Part shown: piece by piece, positions 26,770 to 36,531 of the stretch | Position numbering within the stretch: the first letter of the stretch is position 1 | How the letters are laid out: every line of letters starts with the position of its first letter | Source: an uncultured bacterium | GTDB taxonomy: Bacteria > Omnitrophota > Omnitrophia > Omnitrophales > Aquincolibacteriaceae | Length of the DNA stretch: 64,000 bases | Reading direction: 5' to 3' | NCBI GenBank assembly: GCA_964482725.1 | Contig: CAYZYT010000009.1 | Coordinates: forward strand, 19,832 to 83,831 | Position numbers and translations under genes: made by a program | The notes under the pieces: model-generated | What the model was told of the DNA's origin: nothing | What the model saw: the letters and a program-made list of their open reading frames with translations, nothing else | Database searches by the model: none

Positions 26770-29535
26770 ATGGCCAGTGGTTTTAAAGCATATCCTTTCG
26801 ACGAGATCGAAAAAAAATGGCAGACCTACTGGTCTGATCATCAAACCTTCCGTGCCCCTGACCCCGGAGAATCCGGCGGCGACAAGCCCAATTCTCCATC
26901 AGAAAATTCAAAGGTTAATTGGGCTAGCCCTGGCAACCTTCAATCAAAAGAAGATAGTCCCAATGCTATTCAATTTCCAAGCAGTGGAAATTGGGGCAAT
27001 CCTGACCACCATCATGGGAAAGAAAATAAAAGTCAGGATAGATGCCAGGGCAAGAAAAAATATTATGTCCTCGATATGTTCCCGTATCCTTCCGGCTCCG
27101 GCCTTCACGTCGGACATTTAGAAGGGTATACCGCCACCGACATTGTCAGCCGCTACAAACGGATGCGCGGGTTCAATGTCCTGCACCCGATGGGCTGGGA
27201 CGCGTTCGGACTTCCGGCCGAGCAATATGCCATCGAGACGGGCACGCATCCCCGCGAGACTACCCAAAAGAATATCGAGACCTTCAAGCGCCAGATCCAG
27301 CAGGTGGGTTTCAGTTATGATTGGGAACGCGAGATCGACACCACCGATCCTCTCTATTACCGCTGGACCCAATGGATCTTTATGAAACTTTTTGAAAGAG
27401 GGCTGGCCTACGAATCCGAGAAGCCGGTGTGGTGGTGCGACGGATGCAAGGCCGTCCTCGCGAACGAAGAAGTCGATGCTAACGGGACTTGTGAACGCAA
27501 AGGCCACAAGGACGTTTACCGCCGCCCGCTTCGCCAATGGATGCTCAAGATCACGGCCTACGCCGACCGTCTTTTAAAAGATCTGGACCTTCTGGATTGG
27601 TCGGAGCCCATCAAGGAAATGCAGCGCAACTGGATCGGGAAATCAACCGGGGCGGAGGTGACTTTCCCGATTGATTGGGAAAGTCATCCTGAGCGACCGG
27701 AGGGAGTCGAAGGATCTGCTCAAGCAAAGATTCTTCGCTGCGCTCAGAATGACGATCGATCCATCCGTGTTTTTACGACGCGGCCGGATACGCTTTTTGG
27801 CGCGACGTATATGGTTTTAGCTCCGGAGCACGCGATGGTGTCGAAGATCACGACGTCAGAGCAGAAGAAGGCCGTGGAAGCTTATGTGGCCACCGCGACG
27901 CACAAATCCGATCTGGATCGCACGGATCTTGCCAAAGAAAAAACCGGCGTTTTTACCGGGGCTTATGCGATCAACCCCGTGAATGATAAGAAGATCCCGG
28001 TGTGGATCGCGGATTATGTGCTGATGGGCTACGGGACGGGAGCCATCATGGCGGTACCCGCACACGATGAGCGGGATTTTGAGTTTTCGAAAAAGTTCAG
28101 ATTGCCGATTATTCCCGTCATTCTGAGGCCGAAGGCCGAAGAATCTAAAAACGTAGATCCTTCGCACCCTCGGGGTGCTCAGGATGACGGTGAAAGTGCC
28201 TTTGTCGGCGATGGGGTCAATATCAACTCTACGACGCCGGACGGTTCATTTTCGATTAACGGCCTTCCGACCCCGGAAGCGAAACAAAAGATCACGAAGT
28301 GGCTCGAAGAAAGGAAGATCGGCAAAGAAGCGGTCCAGTACAAGCTCCGGGATTGGCTCTTTAGCCGGCAACGATATTGGGGTGAGCCGATCCCAGTCGT
28401 GCACTGCGCGAAGTGCGGCCCCGTACTTATTCCTGAAAGCGAATTGCCGCTCATGCTTCCCGAGATGAAAGATTACACGCCGACCGGCAACGCGGAGCCG
28501 CCGCTTGCCAAGGCCGTCGACTGGCTGAAATGTAAATGCACCCAGTGCGGCGGTCCGGCCATGCGCGAAACGAACACCATGCCGCAGTGGGCGGGTTCGT
28601 GCTGGTATTATCTTCGCTATCTGGATCCGAAGAATACCAAAGCTCCGGTCGATCCGGAAAAAGAAAAATACTGGATGAATGTGGATCTCTATGTCGGTGG
28701 CGCGGAACACGCGGTGCTTCATTTACTCTATGCAAGGTTCTGGCATAAGGTGCTTTATGACATCGGGGTCGTTTCCACGCTGGAACCCTTCCAAAAACTT
28801 ACGAATCAGGGGATGATCCTCGGCGAAGACAGTCAGAAGATGTCCAAGTCGCGCGGCAATGTGGTGAATCCCGATGAGATGATCTCCCAATACGGCGCTG
28901 ATAGTCTTCGACTTTACGAAATGTTCATGGGGCCGCTGGAGATGACAAAGCCCTGGGCGAATTCCGGAGTGGAAGGGGTCTACCGGTTCCTCGGGAAAGT
29001 GTGGCGTCTCTTTATCGATAAGGATGACAAACTTCACCCTGTCATGGTTCAACGTGCGCCGAACGCTGCGGAGCTCAAGGCACTTCACAAGGCGATCAAA
29101 AAAGTAACGGAAGATCTGGAAGCGCTGCGATTTAATACGGCGATCTCGGCCCTGATGATCTTTATGAACGAAATAGCGGCCCATCAAGATCACTCGAAGG
29201 AAGTGATGGAGCAATTCCTTCTTCTTTTAGCGCCTCTTGCGCCTCACGTGGCGGAGGAATTATGGCAGCGCCTGGGTCATGCCAAGACGCTTGCTTATGA
29301 AAAATGGCCCGACTACGATAACCGATATCTTATCGAGGATCATGCGGAGATGGCGATCCTTGTGGGCGGTAAAGTACGCGCAAAAATGGTCGTTTCTCAT
29401 AATCAGAGCGAAGAGGTGATCCGACAAATGTGTTTGGAGCATCCCCGTGTGAAAGAACTGCTCGTGGGGAAGGTCGTCAAGAAGGTCATCATCGTTCCGG
29501 GTCGCACGGTCAACCTTGTGGTGGCGGATGCCTAG
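26770..29535 (+). CDS. leuS: Leucine--tRNA ligase, with three palindrome-derived in-frame insertions
   Basis: [43 protein letters not shown]. Confidence 0.97.
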   Translation: MASGFKAYPFDEIEKKWQTYWSDHQTFRAPDPGESGGDKPNSPSENSKVNWASPGNLQSKEDSPNAIQFPSSGNWGNPDHHHGKENKSQDRCQGKKKYYVLDMFPYPSGSGLHVGHLEGYTATDIVSRYKRMRGFNVLHPMGWDAFGLPAEQYAIETGTHPRETTQKNIETFKRQIQQVGFSYDWEREIDTTDPLYYRWTQWIFMKLFERGLAYESEKPVWWCDGCKAVLANEEVDANGTCERKGHKDVYRRPLRQWMLKITAYADRLLKDLDLLDWSEPIKEMQRNWIGKSTGAEVTFPIDWESHPERPEGVEGSAQAKILRCAQNDDRSIRVFTTRPDTLFGATYMVLAPEHAMVSKITTSEQKKAVEAYVATATHKSDLDRTDLAKEKTGVFTGAYAINPVNDKKIPVWIADYVLMGYGTGAIMAVPAHDERDFEFSKKFRLPIIPVILRPKAEESKNVDPSHPRGAQDDGESAFVGDGVNINSTTPDGSFSINGLPTPEAKQKITKWLEERKIGKEAVQYKLRDWLFSRQRYWGEPIPVVHCAKCGPVLIPESELPLMLPEMKDYTPTGNAEPPLAKAVDWLKCKCTQCGGPAMRETNTMPQWAGSCWYYLRYLDPKNTKAPVDPEKEKYWMNVDLYVGGAEHAVLHLLYARFWHKVLYDIGVVSTLEPFQKLTNQGMILGEDSQKMSKSRGNVVNPDEMISQYGADSLRLYEMFMGPLEMTKPWANSGVEGVYRFLGKVWRLFIDKDDKLHPVMVQRAPNAAELKALHKAIKKVTEDLEALRFNTAISALMIFMNEIAAHQDHSKEVMEQFLLLLAPLAPHVAEELWQRLGHAKTLAYEKWPDYDNRYLIEDHAEMAILVGGKVRAKMVVSHNQSEEVIRQMCLEHPRVKELLVGKVVKKVIIVPGRTVNLVVADA
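26885..27052. repeat. CCCAAT/ATTGGG-family palindromic element inserted in-frame in leuS
   Basis: AGCCCAATT/AATTGGGCT, GCCCTGGCA/TGCCAGGGC, GTCCCAAT/ATTGGGGC and ATCCTGAC/GTCAGGAT. It adds about 55 aa before [12 protein letters not shown]. Confidence 0.75.
27683..27753. repeat. GTCATTCTGAG-family element inside leuS (reverse orientation)
   Basis: GTCATCCTGAGCG...CGCTCAGAATGAC. Confidence 0.8.
28117..28188. repeat. GTCATTCTGAG-family element inside leuS
   Basis: GTCATTCTGAG...CTCAGGATGAC, 72 nt, reads [24 protein letters not shown]. Confidence 0.8.
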
Positions 29536-29611
29536 CACAGCGGCAAGTTTGAAATGGGATGCGCCCATTTCAATCTGTTTTATGTGCTGTACCGTTAACC
29601 CGAAGGAATAA

Positions 29612-31666
29612 ATGAAAAACGGCACTAAAGTCGAGATCAAGAATCAAAAGATCTTTGTCGGGAAAAAAGAAGTGCCGCTCATTTCCGGCGAAGTCCACTA
29701 CTGGCGCCTCAATCCTCATGCCTGGCGCGAAGCCCTCAAACGTGTCAAAGAGATGGGGCTTGAGATCGTCTCCACGTATGTTCCCTGGGATTTTCACGAA
29801 TACAAGCGCGGCCATTTTGATTTTACCGGAAAAACCGATCAGGCGCGCAACCTTAAGGCATTCCTCGATCTGACCCGCAAGGAAGGTTTCTGGCTCATCC
29901 TTCGTCCGGGTCCTTATATCTACAGCGAATGGCCGCGTGACGGCGTTCCCGATTATGCCTACAAGTATCACCGCCTGCATCCCAAGTTCCTCGGCTATGC
30001 CAAGGAATATTTAAAACAAGTCAGTAAGATCTTCAGGCCTTATCTTGCCTCGCGCAAGAACGGTCACATCCTGATGCTTCAGGCGGATAATGAGATCGAT
30101 CCCTGGCCGGATGTCTTCGGACAGCAATACGGTCTTTCCAAGAAGCCGGGACTTTTCCAGGATTTTATGCGCGATCTTTACAAGGATGATCTCCCGGCGC
30201 TGAACGAATCCTGGGGCACGCATTACGCGTCTTTCCGGGAAGCGTCGCCTTTTATCGCGACCATGCTGCCGGGCGAAAAAGGGCTTCCGCTTAAAGGGGA
30301 TAAAGAACTCAAACGGCATCTTGATTATTTCAAGTTCAAGTATGCGTATTCCCAGGAGGTCGCGAAGGGCAGCGTCCAAATGTATCGCGATCTGGGGGTC
30401 GATATCCCGATCTACCTGAACACCTATCCTTTCTTTTACGCGCACGATTGGGCCGCTTTTCAGGAAGTCTCGGATGCGGTGGGGCTGGACCTTTATCCCG
30501 CCAATGAGCTCAAAGAGGACGAGTATGAGCATCGCAAATTTTGCGACAAGATCCGTTATCTTTCGAGCGTTTCGAAACTTCCGTTCATCGCGGAATTCCA
30601 GTCAGGAATATGGCACGGCCGTCATTATGAAACCAGCGTGCTGACGCCCAATCACTACCGGATGATCTGTTTTTCCGCGTTCCTTGCCGGGGTTAAGGGG
30701 TGGAATTGGTACATGCTGGTGAATCGCGACAACTGGTACATGTCGCCGATCAACGAGTGGGGACGAGTGCGCGGGGAGCTGTATGATGTGTTCAAACAGA
30801 TCGTTTCCGTTTTTAAACAGCTCCGGCCGACCTCGCTTAAGAAAATGACCGAGATTGGCGTCACCTTCAATCCTCTCCAGTACGCGGCCCGGACGCTCAC
30901 GCACAACAGCCCCATTCTCGTCGCGCTTTATCAGGGGGATGTGGACTATGACATGTGCGATCCCCGGCGTAAGCTTCCCGGAAAAAAGGTGTTCTTTTAT
31001 TCCGGAAATCAGTGGCTCGGGAAAGCCGCGCATCAGAATCTTCGGAGGTATGTGGAAGAAGGCGGCACTTTGGTGGCCTTCCGTTCTTTCCCCCGCAAGG
31101 ACGATGATTTCATGCCGTACCAAGGGGTGGGCTTTGAAGAACCGGAGCGCACTCTTTTTGAGTTCAAACGGCAATTCAAAATAACTCTTGGTAAGGGTGC
31201 CGCGCCGATCGACGTCCATAGCTCCGTTTATGTTTTTAAGGCTGCGGGATGCGAAAAGATCCAGGCGGATCTTGGGACCTATGGAAAACAAACGGTCGGT
31301 TACATCAAAAAGATCGGCAAGGGAAAGATCATTCATCTGGGGATGGAGCCGGTCCCGGAGCTCGTGCTGGGAGTTTTGAACTATCTCAAAGCACCTCTGA
31401 TGAGCTATTCAGTCACGAGGGACGTCAAGACCGCGCTTTTTAACCGGGGCCGACGTTATTTTCTGGTGGTGGTCAATAACGGCAATGAAGATAAGAGCGC
31501 CACGATCTGTTTGCCGGCGCTGGATGGGATTCGTGGGAAGATGACCGCTCGTGACCTGTTGAGCGGAGAAAAAAAAGTTTATTTGAAAGAGAGCCGCCAT
31601 CCGTTCAATGTGCACGTTGCGCGCAAAGATGGCCGTGTTCTCGAGTTTACGTTCTCGCGTAGCTAA
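29612..31666 (+). CDS. Beta-galactosidase-like glycoside hydrolase (GH35/GH42 clan A)
   Basis: ISGEVHYWR, TYVPWDFHE, RPGPYIYSEW, QADNE, AEFQSG. Confidence 0.85.
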   Translation: MKNGTKVEIKNQKIFVGKKEVPLISGEVHYWRLNPHAWREALKRVKEMGLEIVSTYVPWDFHEYKRGHFDFTGKTDQARNLKAFLDLTRKEGFWLILRPGPYIYSEWPRDGVPDYAYKYHRLHPKFLGYAKEYLKQVSKIFRPYLASRKNGHILMLQADNEIDPWPDVFGQQYGLSKKPGLFQDFMRDLYKDDLPALNESWGTHYASFREASPFIATMLPGEKGLPLKGDKELKRHLDYFKFKYAYSQEVAKGSVQMYRDLGVDIPIYLNTYPFFYAHDWAAFQEVSDAVGLDLYPANELKEDEYEHRKFCDKIRYLSSVSKLPFIAEFQSGIWHGRHYETSVLTPNHYRMICFSAFLAGVKGWNWYMLVNRDNWYMSPINEWGRVRGELYDVFKQIVSVFKQLRPTSLKKMTEIGVTFNPLQYAARTLTHNSPILVALYQGDVDYDMCDPRRKLPGKKVFFYSGNQWLGKAAHQNLRRYVEEGGTLVAFRSFPRKDDDFMPYQGVGFEEPERTLFEFKRQFKITLGKGAAPIDVHSSVYVFKAAGCEKIQADLGTYGKQTVGYIKKIGKGKIIHLGMEPVPELVLGVLNYLKAPLMSYSVTRDVKTALFNRGRRYFLVVVNNGNEDKSATICLPALDGIRGKMTARDLLSGEKKVYLKESRHPFNVHVARKDGRVLEFTFSRS

Positions 31667-31699
31667 CATCGGATCTGGAACATAGAAGGAAGGGGAAGC

Positions 31700-32440
31700 A
31701 TGTTTGGGAAGCTCAGTTTATACCTAGCGTTTCTGGCCTTTGTTTTTTCGGCGAATGCTTTTGCCGGGAAGGTGGAACTGACGACCTATTATCCCGCGCC
31801 ATATGGAGAGTATAAAGAATTAACAACAACGGAAAATGCGGCCTTTGCCTCGACATCGGGAAATGTCTCGGTGGGATCCACAACGAATCATGCGGTTCTG
31901 GCTATAGATAATACTCTGACGCTTGCTCCGGTCGCAGGCGTTGCGAGTGCCCAATCGGGTGGGACGGCGGGTTCTCTGCGCTACAGTTCAGACGCTGGAG
32001 GGTCGGGTGTGGGAGGGCTGCTTTATAAAAATGGCTCTGATTGGCAGCGCTTGGGGGGCGCCGTTTCTGATGTTGTGACTGCTTCTCAAGGTTCGCCTGT
32101 GACGTGCGATCAACCCGGGGGGGCTTCGGCAATAGCCTGTGATATTGTTTCCGTGTCTTTGGCTCCCGGAAAGTGGATTGTTACTTCCTCGCATAGTCAG
32201 TATGGCATCGACCATGGCGGAGCTTGTGCTCAATCTAAGTGGGCTATTAAAGCCAACGGAGGTTTCCTTGTAAACCCGACACTTGTTGTTTCCTGCGGCG
32301 TTGCGGAGTTTAGGCCGGGAGCCACTACTCTCTACACGAATGCTACAAGTAGCAACCAAACAGTTTCACTGGTTGCCGTGGTGGATCCTGGAACGGGCGG
32401 CGTAGCTTCAAATGCGACGCTCATCGCATCTAAGATATAA
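31700..32440 (+). CDS. Exported TTYYPAP-family protein (paralog 3)
   Basis: Signal peptide, GKVELTTYYPAPYGEY, and a ~50 aa cassette shared with paralog 1. Confidence 0.8.
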   Translation: MFGKLSLYLAFLAFVFSANAFAGKVELTTYYPAPYGEYKELTTTENAAFASTSGNVSVGSTTNHAVLAIDNTLTLAPVAGVASAQSGGTAGSLRYSSDAGGSGVGGLLYKNGSDWQRLGGAVSDVVTASQGSPVTCDQPGGASAIACDIVSVSLAPGKWIVTSSHSQYGIDHGGACAQSKWAIKANGGFLVNPTLVVSCGVAEFRPGATTLYTNATSSNQTVSLVAVVDPGTGGVASNATLIASKI

Positions 32441-32510
32441 GCTGTTCCCAGCAGCTAAAATAGGATCGTTCTTTTTTGCAGAGAGTTAAAGTGATGATGC
32501 TCTGAGAGGA

Positions 32511-33326
32511 GTGACTTTGTACGAAACCTTTTTTGGATTGAATGAGTCGCCGTTTAACGTTACGCCCGACCCGAGGTTTGTCTATCTGAGCAAGCACCAC
32601 CAGGCGGCGCTCTCGGCAATGCGCTATGGTGTGGACCGGCGCTCGGGCTTCATCCAGATCACCGGCGAGATCGGGGCGGGGAAGACGACGCTTTCGCGTA
32701 TGTTTCTCCAGCAGTTGGGCGAGAATGTCCACACCTCGCTTGTCTTCAATCCGAAACTTTCAGAGCTGGAGCTTTTGCAAGGGATCGTTGAGGACTTCGG
32801 ACTCAAGCCCAAGGCGAAACGGCGTAAGGATTATTTTGATTGTCTGAACCGCTTTCTCCTGGAAGAAAGTACGAAGGGATTCAATGCGGTCGTGATCATT
32901 GACGAAGCGCAGCTTCTGCCCCCGCGGGCGTTGGAACAGGTCCGTCTTTTGTCGAACCTTGAGACCACGACGCAGAAGCTTTTGCAGATCATTTTGATGG
33001 GGCAGCCGGAGCTGAAGGACCTTCTCAAGCGTCCGGACCTCAAGCAACTCCGGCAGCGCATCACCGTGCGTTGTCACTTGCCGGAACTCAGTTCGGAAGA
33101 AGTGGGGTATTACATCGCGCATCGCTTGAGCGTGGCCGGCGCGCGCGAGAATTTTTTTACGGCAGAAGCCATGCAACGCATTTATGAACTTTCCTCGGGG
33201 ATCCCGAGAGTTATTAACGTGCTGGCGGACCGGGCTTTGCTTGCCGCCTATGCCAAAAGTACTTTCGTGATCGATCCGGTGCTCGTGGAATGCGCCGAAG
33301 CCGATCTCCAAGGAGTGAGCGTATGA
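32511..33326 (+). CDS. ExeA/GspA-family secretion-associated AAA ATPase
   Basis: YETFFGLNESPFNVTPDP, GEIGAGKT, IIDEAQ, GQPEL, QLRQRI, GIPRVIN. Confidence 0.9.
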   Translation: MTLYETFFGLNESPFNVTPDPRFVYLSKHHQAALSAMRYGVDRRSGFIQITGEIGAGKTTLSRMFLQQLGENVHTSLVFNPKLSELELLQGIVEDFGLKPKAKRRKDYFDCLNRFLLEESTKGFNAVVIIDEAQLLPPRALEQVRLLSNLETTTQKLLQIILMGQPELKDLLKRPDLKQLRQRITVRCHLPELSSEEVGYYIAHRLSVAGARENFFTAEAMQRIYELSSGIPRVINVLADRALLAAYAKSTFVIDPVLVECAEADLQGVSV

Positions 33327-33802
33327 GCCTGATCCAACAAGCTTTGGATAAAACAAACAAAGTGCAAGAAACGAGGACTGTGAATCCGTCTCCTAAGGCG
33401 TATGACCGTGACCCGATGGGTGTGGCTCTGGAGCAGGAGCTCACTCAAGTCCAGCGATCTTATGCCGCGAGGCGGAGGCTGTACTGGAAAGTTTCCTTGG
33501 GAATTCTTGCAATCTGCTTTCTGGCCGGACTTTCTTACCTGGGGCTCCGGAGTACTCCGGCGAGGGGGAAAGTTTCATCCAGCGTGGCTACGGTCACGTC
33601 GCATGCGCCGCTTCGGATCTTTTCCGGGACGCTCTACCGCCTTACGGGCATTACGAGTATAAACGGTAAGTCGATGGCTGTGATCAATGAAGATATTGTT
33701 AGCGTGGGAGATTCTCTTTCAGGTAAAGCTATTGTCAAGGCGATCGGTCCCGGAGAAGTTCGTTTGGATGTCCAGGGAAGAGAGATCAAGCTCACGCTTT
33801 AA
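33323..33802 (+). CDS. ExeB/GspB-like membrane-anchored protein
   Basis: MSLIQQALDK N-terminus, one transmembrane helix, C-terminal LTGI..AVIN..VGD; overlaps the exeA-like stop. Confidence 0.7.
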   Translation: MSLIQQALDKTNKVQETRTVNPSPKAYDRDPMGVALEQELTQVQRSYAARRRLYWKVSLGILAICFLAGLSYLGLRSTPARGKVSSSVATVTSHAPLRIFSGTLYRLTGITSINGKSMAVINEDIVSVGDSLSGKAIVKAIGPGEVRLDVQGREIKLTL

Positions 33803-33817
33803 GAATATCTTCTCCTC

Positions 33818-33910
33818 ATGGCGCCGCTTTCCAAATACCAAAACACCCTCCTGCTTGTTCTCCTCTTAATCCTCGCCTTGTTTATTGCCTTCCGGTATGG
33901 GGCGCAGTAA
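33818..33910 (+). CDS. Possible 30-aa single-pass membrane microprotein
   Basis: MAPLSKYQNTLLLVLLLILALFIAFRYGAQ; no clear RBS. Confidence 0.3.
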   Translation: MAPLSKYQNTLLLVLLLILALFIAFRYGAQ

Positions 33911-34037
33911 TTAGTAAAGCCGTATGTAGTATGTCGTGAGTCTCGACGTACGACATACAATATGCGACATACGATTTTGATGATCCCGTCTCACAATAAT
34001 TTACATTAATCATATAAATAATGTATAATGCCCATAT

Positions 34038-36437
34038 ATGAAGCTTCCCTTTCTATGGCTCGCTCTTGGATTTTCAATCGGGATCATTGTGGAGAAGTAT
34101 TGGAAGGTCCCAGTCCTCTGGCTTGTTTACGGACTTTTTACGGGAATCGTTCTTTTGTGGTTTCTTCGAGGGCACCGTGCTTTTCTGCCTTTTCTCATCC
34201 TTTGCTTGGGATGTGCGGGAATTCTTTGGGCAGGCCTCGATGCTTTTGTCCCAGCGAATGCGGTTCAGAACTTTACAGGCCCTGAGCGCGTGATCCTCAG
34301 GGGAGTTGTGGATTCTCTCCCGGAGTTGAAGACGCGCGGGAAAAAGAAAACGGTCTCCTTGGTGCTTGCGGCACGATCGATCACCCGAGAGGAGAGCGGT
34401 TTACCTCAGAAACAAGGCGAGGCCCGCCTCTCAATAAATCCTTCTGATAGTGGGCGAGGTTCGCCTCCGGCGAACCGCCCGTTTTTGAAGGGCGGCCGCA
34501 GGAAATTCCATAGGGTGAGCGGCCAGGTGCAGGTTTTTTTGCTCCAAGCACCGAGCCTTCCGCAAGTGGGGGATGAGCTTCGACTTTTCGGAGAGTTGAG
34601 TGCGCCGAGGCAGGTCCTGAATCCCGGGGAATTCGATTACGGAAGTTTTTTAGCTCAAAAAAACATCGCTGCTCTTTTTCAGACGATCGGACCTAAGAGC
34701 GTTCGTGTCGTTCGCGAGGGTTCGAGATTTTCTCCGGCCCGGATCATCGCGGAAACCCGGCGAAGTCTGGCCGCGTTGATCGACAAGCTTTATGTTGCTT
34801 CCGAAGCCGCGATCCTGAAAGCCCTGGTGCTTGGGTTGAGGAGCGATGTGGCGCCGGAGGTTCGGGACCAGTTCATGAAGACCGGGACGATCCACTTGCT
34901 TGCGATCAGCGGACTGAATATCACGATGATCGCAGGGACTTTTTATTTGATGTTCCTCTTTTCGGGACTGGGGTATCGAAAGACATCGTTTTTGACGATC
35001 CTGATCGTGGCCCTTTACGTCGGGCTTGCGGGGGCCGGGATCCCGGTCCAGCGCGCGGGGTATGGGTCCGTGTTGGTGCTTGCCGGAGTTCTTATCGGCC
35101 GGCCCGCGAACCTTTTGAACGCACTCTGCTTTGCTTTTTTTGTGATCCTTCTCTGGAATCCGAAGAGCCTTTGGAATATCGGATTTCAGCTTTCCTTTCT
35201 TTCGGTTTTCTCGCTCATGCTGGTCCTGCCGCTTTTATCGCGTTTTAGTGCCTGGACCTTGTCTTTGGGTTCAAGCCTTGCGGTTCTTTTCGGGACTTTT
35301 CCGGTCGTTCTTTATCATTTTAATATTTTCTCTCCGGTTAGCATTCTTGCGAATCTCGCCGCTATCCCGATTTTTGATGCGGCCCTTTTCAGTACTCTTT
35401 TCGCACTGATCCTGAGTGGGGTCCCGTTCGTGAACATCCTTTTAATCAAGGTGTCTTCTTGGATACTTGCGATCGGACTTGTCTGGGTGAAATATCTCTC
35501 CACGTGGCGCTGGGGTTACTGGTTTTTGGAACGGCCGTCTCTAGGCCGGCTTATAGCCTATTACCTCAGCGTGGCGATGATCTTGATCTTTTATAAAAAA
35601 GTTTTCCGAGGAAAGCGTTTTCTGATGACGGGTTGGGTCTGTTGCTGGATCGTGCTCGCCGTCTCTTTTTTTATCGGTCCCGGGGGGAAAGGATTCGAGC
35701 TCACGATGCTTGCCAGTGGCAGGAACCAGATTGTGCACGCGCGTTTCACGAGTGGGGTTCACTGGCTTCTGAACGCCGGAAGAAGTTTTCCCTCCGACCA
35801 GGGCGAGTGGCTGATCGCGCCTTTTCTGAGGAATCGTGGGATTCAGCGACTGGAGGGGATTCTGCTTGCGGATCTCTCCAAAAAAAATACGGGGGGGCTC
35901 GCAGCGGTCATGCGGGATTTTCCGGTCCGACATCTTCTTTATCCTGCAGAAGCTCCGTACGGGCCGGAGGAGTTTTATAAAAGCCTCCGAAAACTGGGCC
36001 GTAAGGCGAAGACATTCCAGCGGGGGGATGCGGTGTTGATGGCGGGGGAAAAAATAACCATGCTCGCCCGGTCACCCAAAGGCGGTGCGTTTCTGATCGA
36101 GTCAGGCCCTTGGCATATTCTTCTCATCTCACGATGGGATAGCGAGATCTTTACGCAGCTTCTCAGCATTGATGAGCCAGAAATCCATGCGGCTTTTTTA
36201 CCGGCGCCAGGGCCGGCGGGGATTCCGGGCGAGTTTCAAGATTGGCTCGATGGAGCCCGGCCCCGGCTTATTGTTGTTCCGGACCCGTCGCAGGAAACGG
36301 CTCCGTATCTGGCCTCCCGCGGCATTCCGTATCTTGATCTGAAAAGTACCGGCGCATTAGGTTTCAGAAAGAACGGTTCTCGGCTTGAGTTGGTGTCGTT
36401 CTCGCGAGGGCCGTTGGGCGTTTTCTCGTATCCTTAA
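34038..36437 (+). CDS. comEC: ComEC/Rec2 DNA-uptake membrane protein (degenerate metallo-beta-lactamase C-terminus)
   Basis: NPGEFDY, TGTIHLLAISGLNI, GFQLSF, ILANL..P. Confidence 0.9.
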   Translation: MKLPFLWLALGFSIGIIVEKYWKVPVLWLVYGLFTGIVLLWFLRGHRAFLPFLILCLGCAGILWAGLDAFVPANAVQNFTGPERVILRGVVDSLPELKTRGKKKTVSLVLAARSITREESGLPQKQGEARLSINPSDSGRGSPPANRPFLKGGRRKFHRVSGQVQVFLLQAPSLPQVGDELRLFGELSAPRQVLNPGEFDYGSFLAQKNIAALFQTIGPKSVRVVREGSRFSPARIIAETRRSLAALIDKLYVASEAAILKALVLGLRSDVAPEVRDQFMKTGTIHLLAISGLNITMIAGTFYLMFLFSGLGYRKTSFLTILIVALYVGLAGAGIPVQRAGYGSVLVLAGVLIGRPANLLNALCFAFFVILLWNPKSLWNIGFQLSFLSVFSLMLVLPLLSRFSAWTLSLGSSLAVLFGTFPVVLYHFNIFSPVSILANLAAIPIFDAALFSTLFALILSGVPFVNILLIKVSSWILAIGLVWVKYLSTWRWGYWFLERPSLGRLIAYYLSVAMILIFYKKVFRGKRFLMTGWVCCWIVLAVSFFIGPGGKGFELTMLASGRNQIVHARFTSGVHWLLNAGRSFPSDQGEWLIAPFLRNRGIQRLEGILLADLSKKNTGGLAAVMRDFPVRHLLYPAEAPYGPEEFYKSLRKLGRKAKTFQRGDAVLMAGEKITMLARSPKGGAFLIESGPWHILLISRWDSEIFTQLLSIDEPEIHAAFLPAPGPAGIPGEFQDWLDGARPRLIVVPDPSQETAPYLASRGIPYLDLKSTGALGFRKNGSRLELVSFSRGPLGVFSYP

Positions 36438-36458
36438 GCCGTTTTTGGGTCATTGCTA

Positions 36459-36488
36459 TTGACAATTTTTTAGGGCCTATGATATAGT
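36459..36488 (+). promoter_or_regulatory. Putative promoter for the bamD-lptE-holA genes
   Basis: TTGACA ... TGaTATAGT (extended -10). Confidence 0.5.
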
Positions 36489-36531
36489 AACGCCTCGCGA
36501 ATTTTCCTAACCTGAAGATTGTAAACGACTT

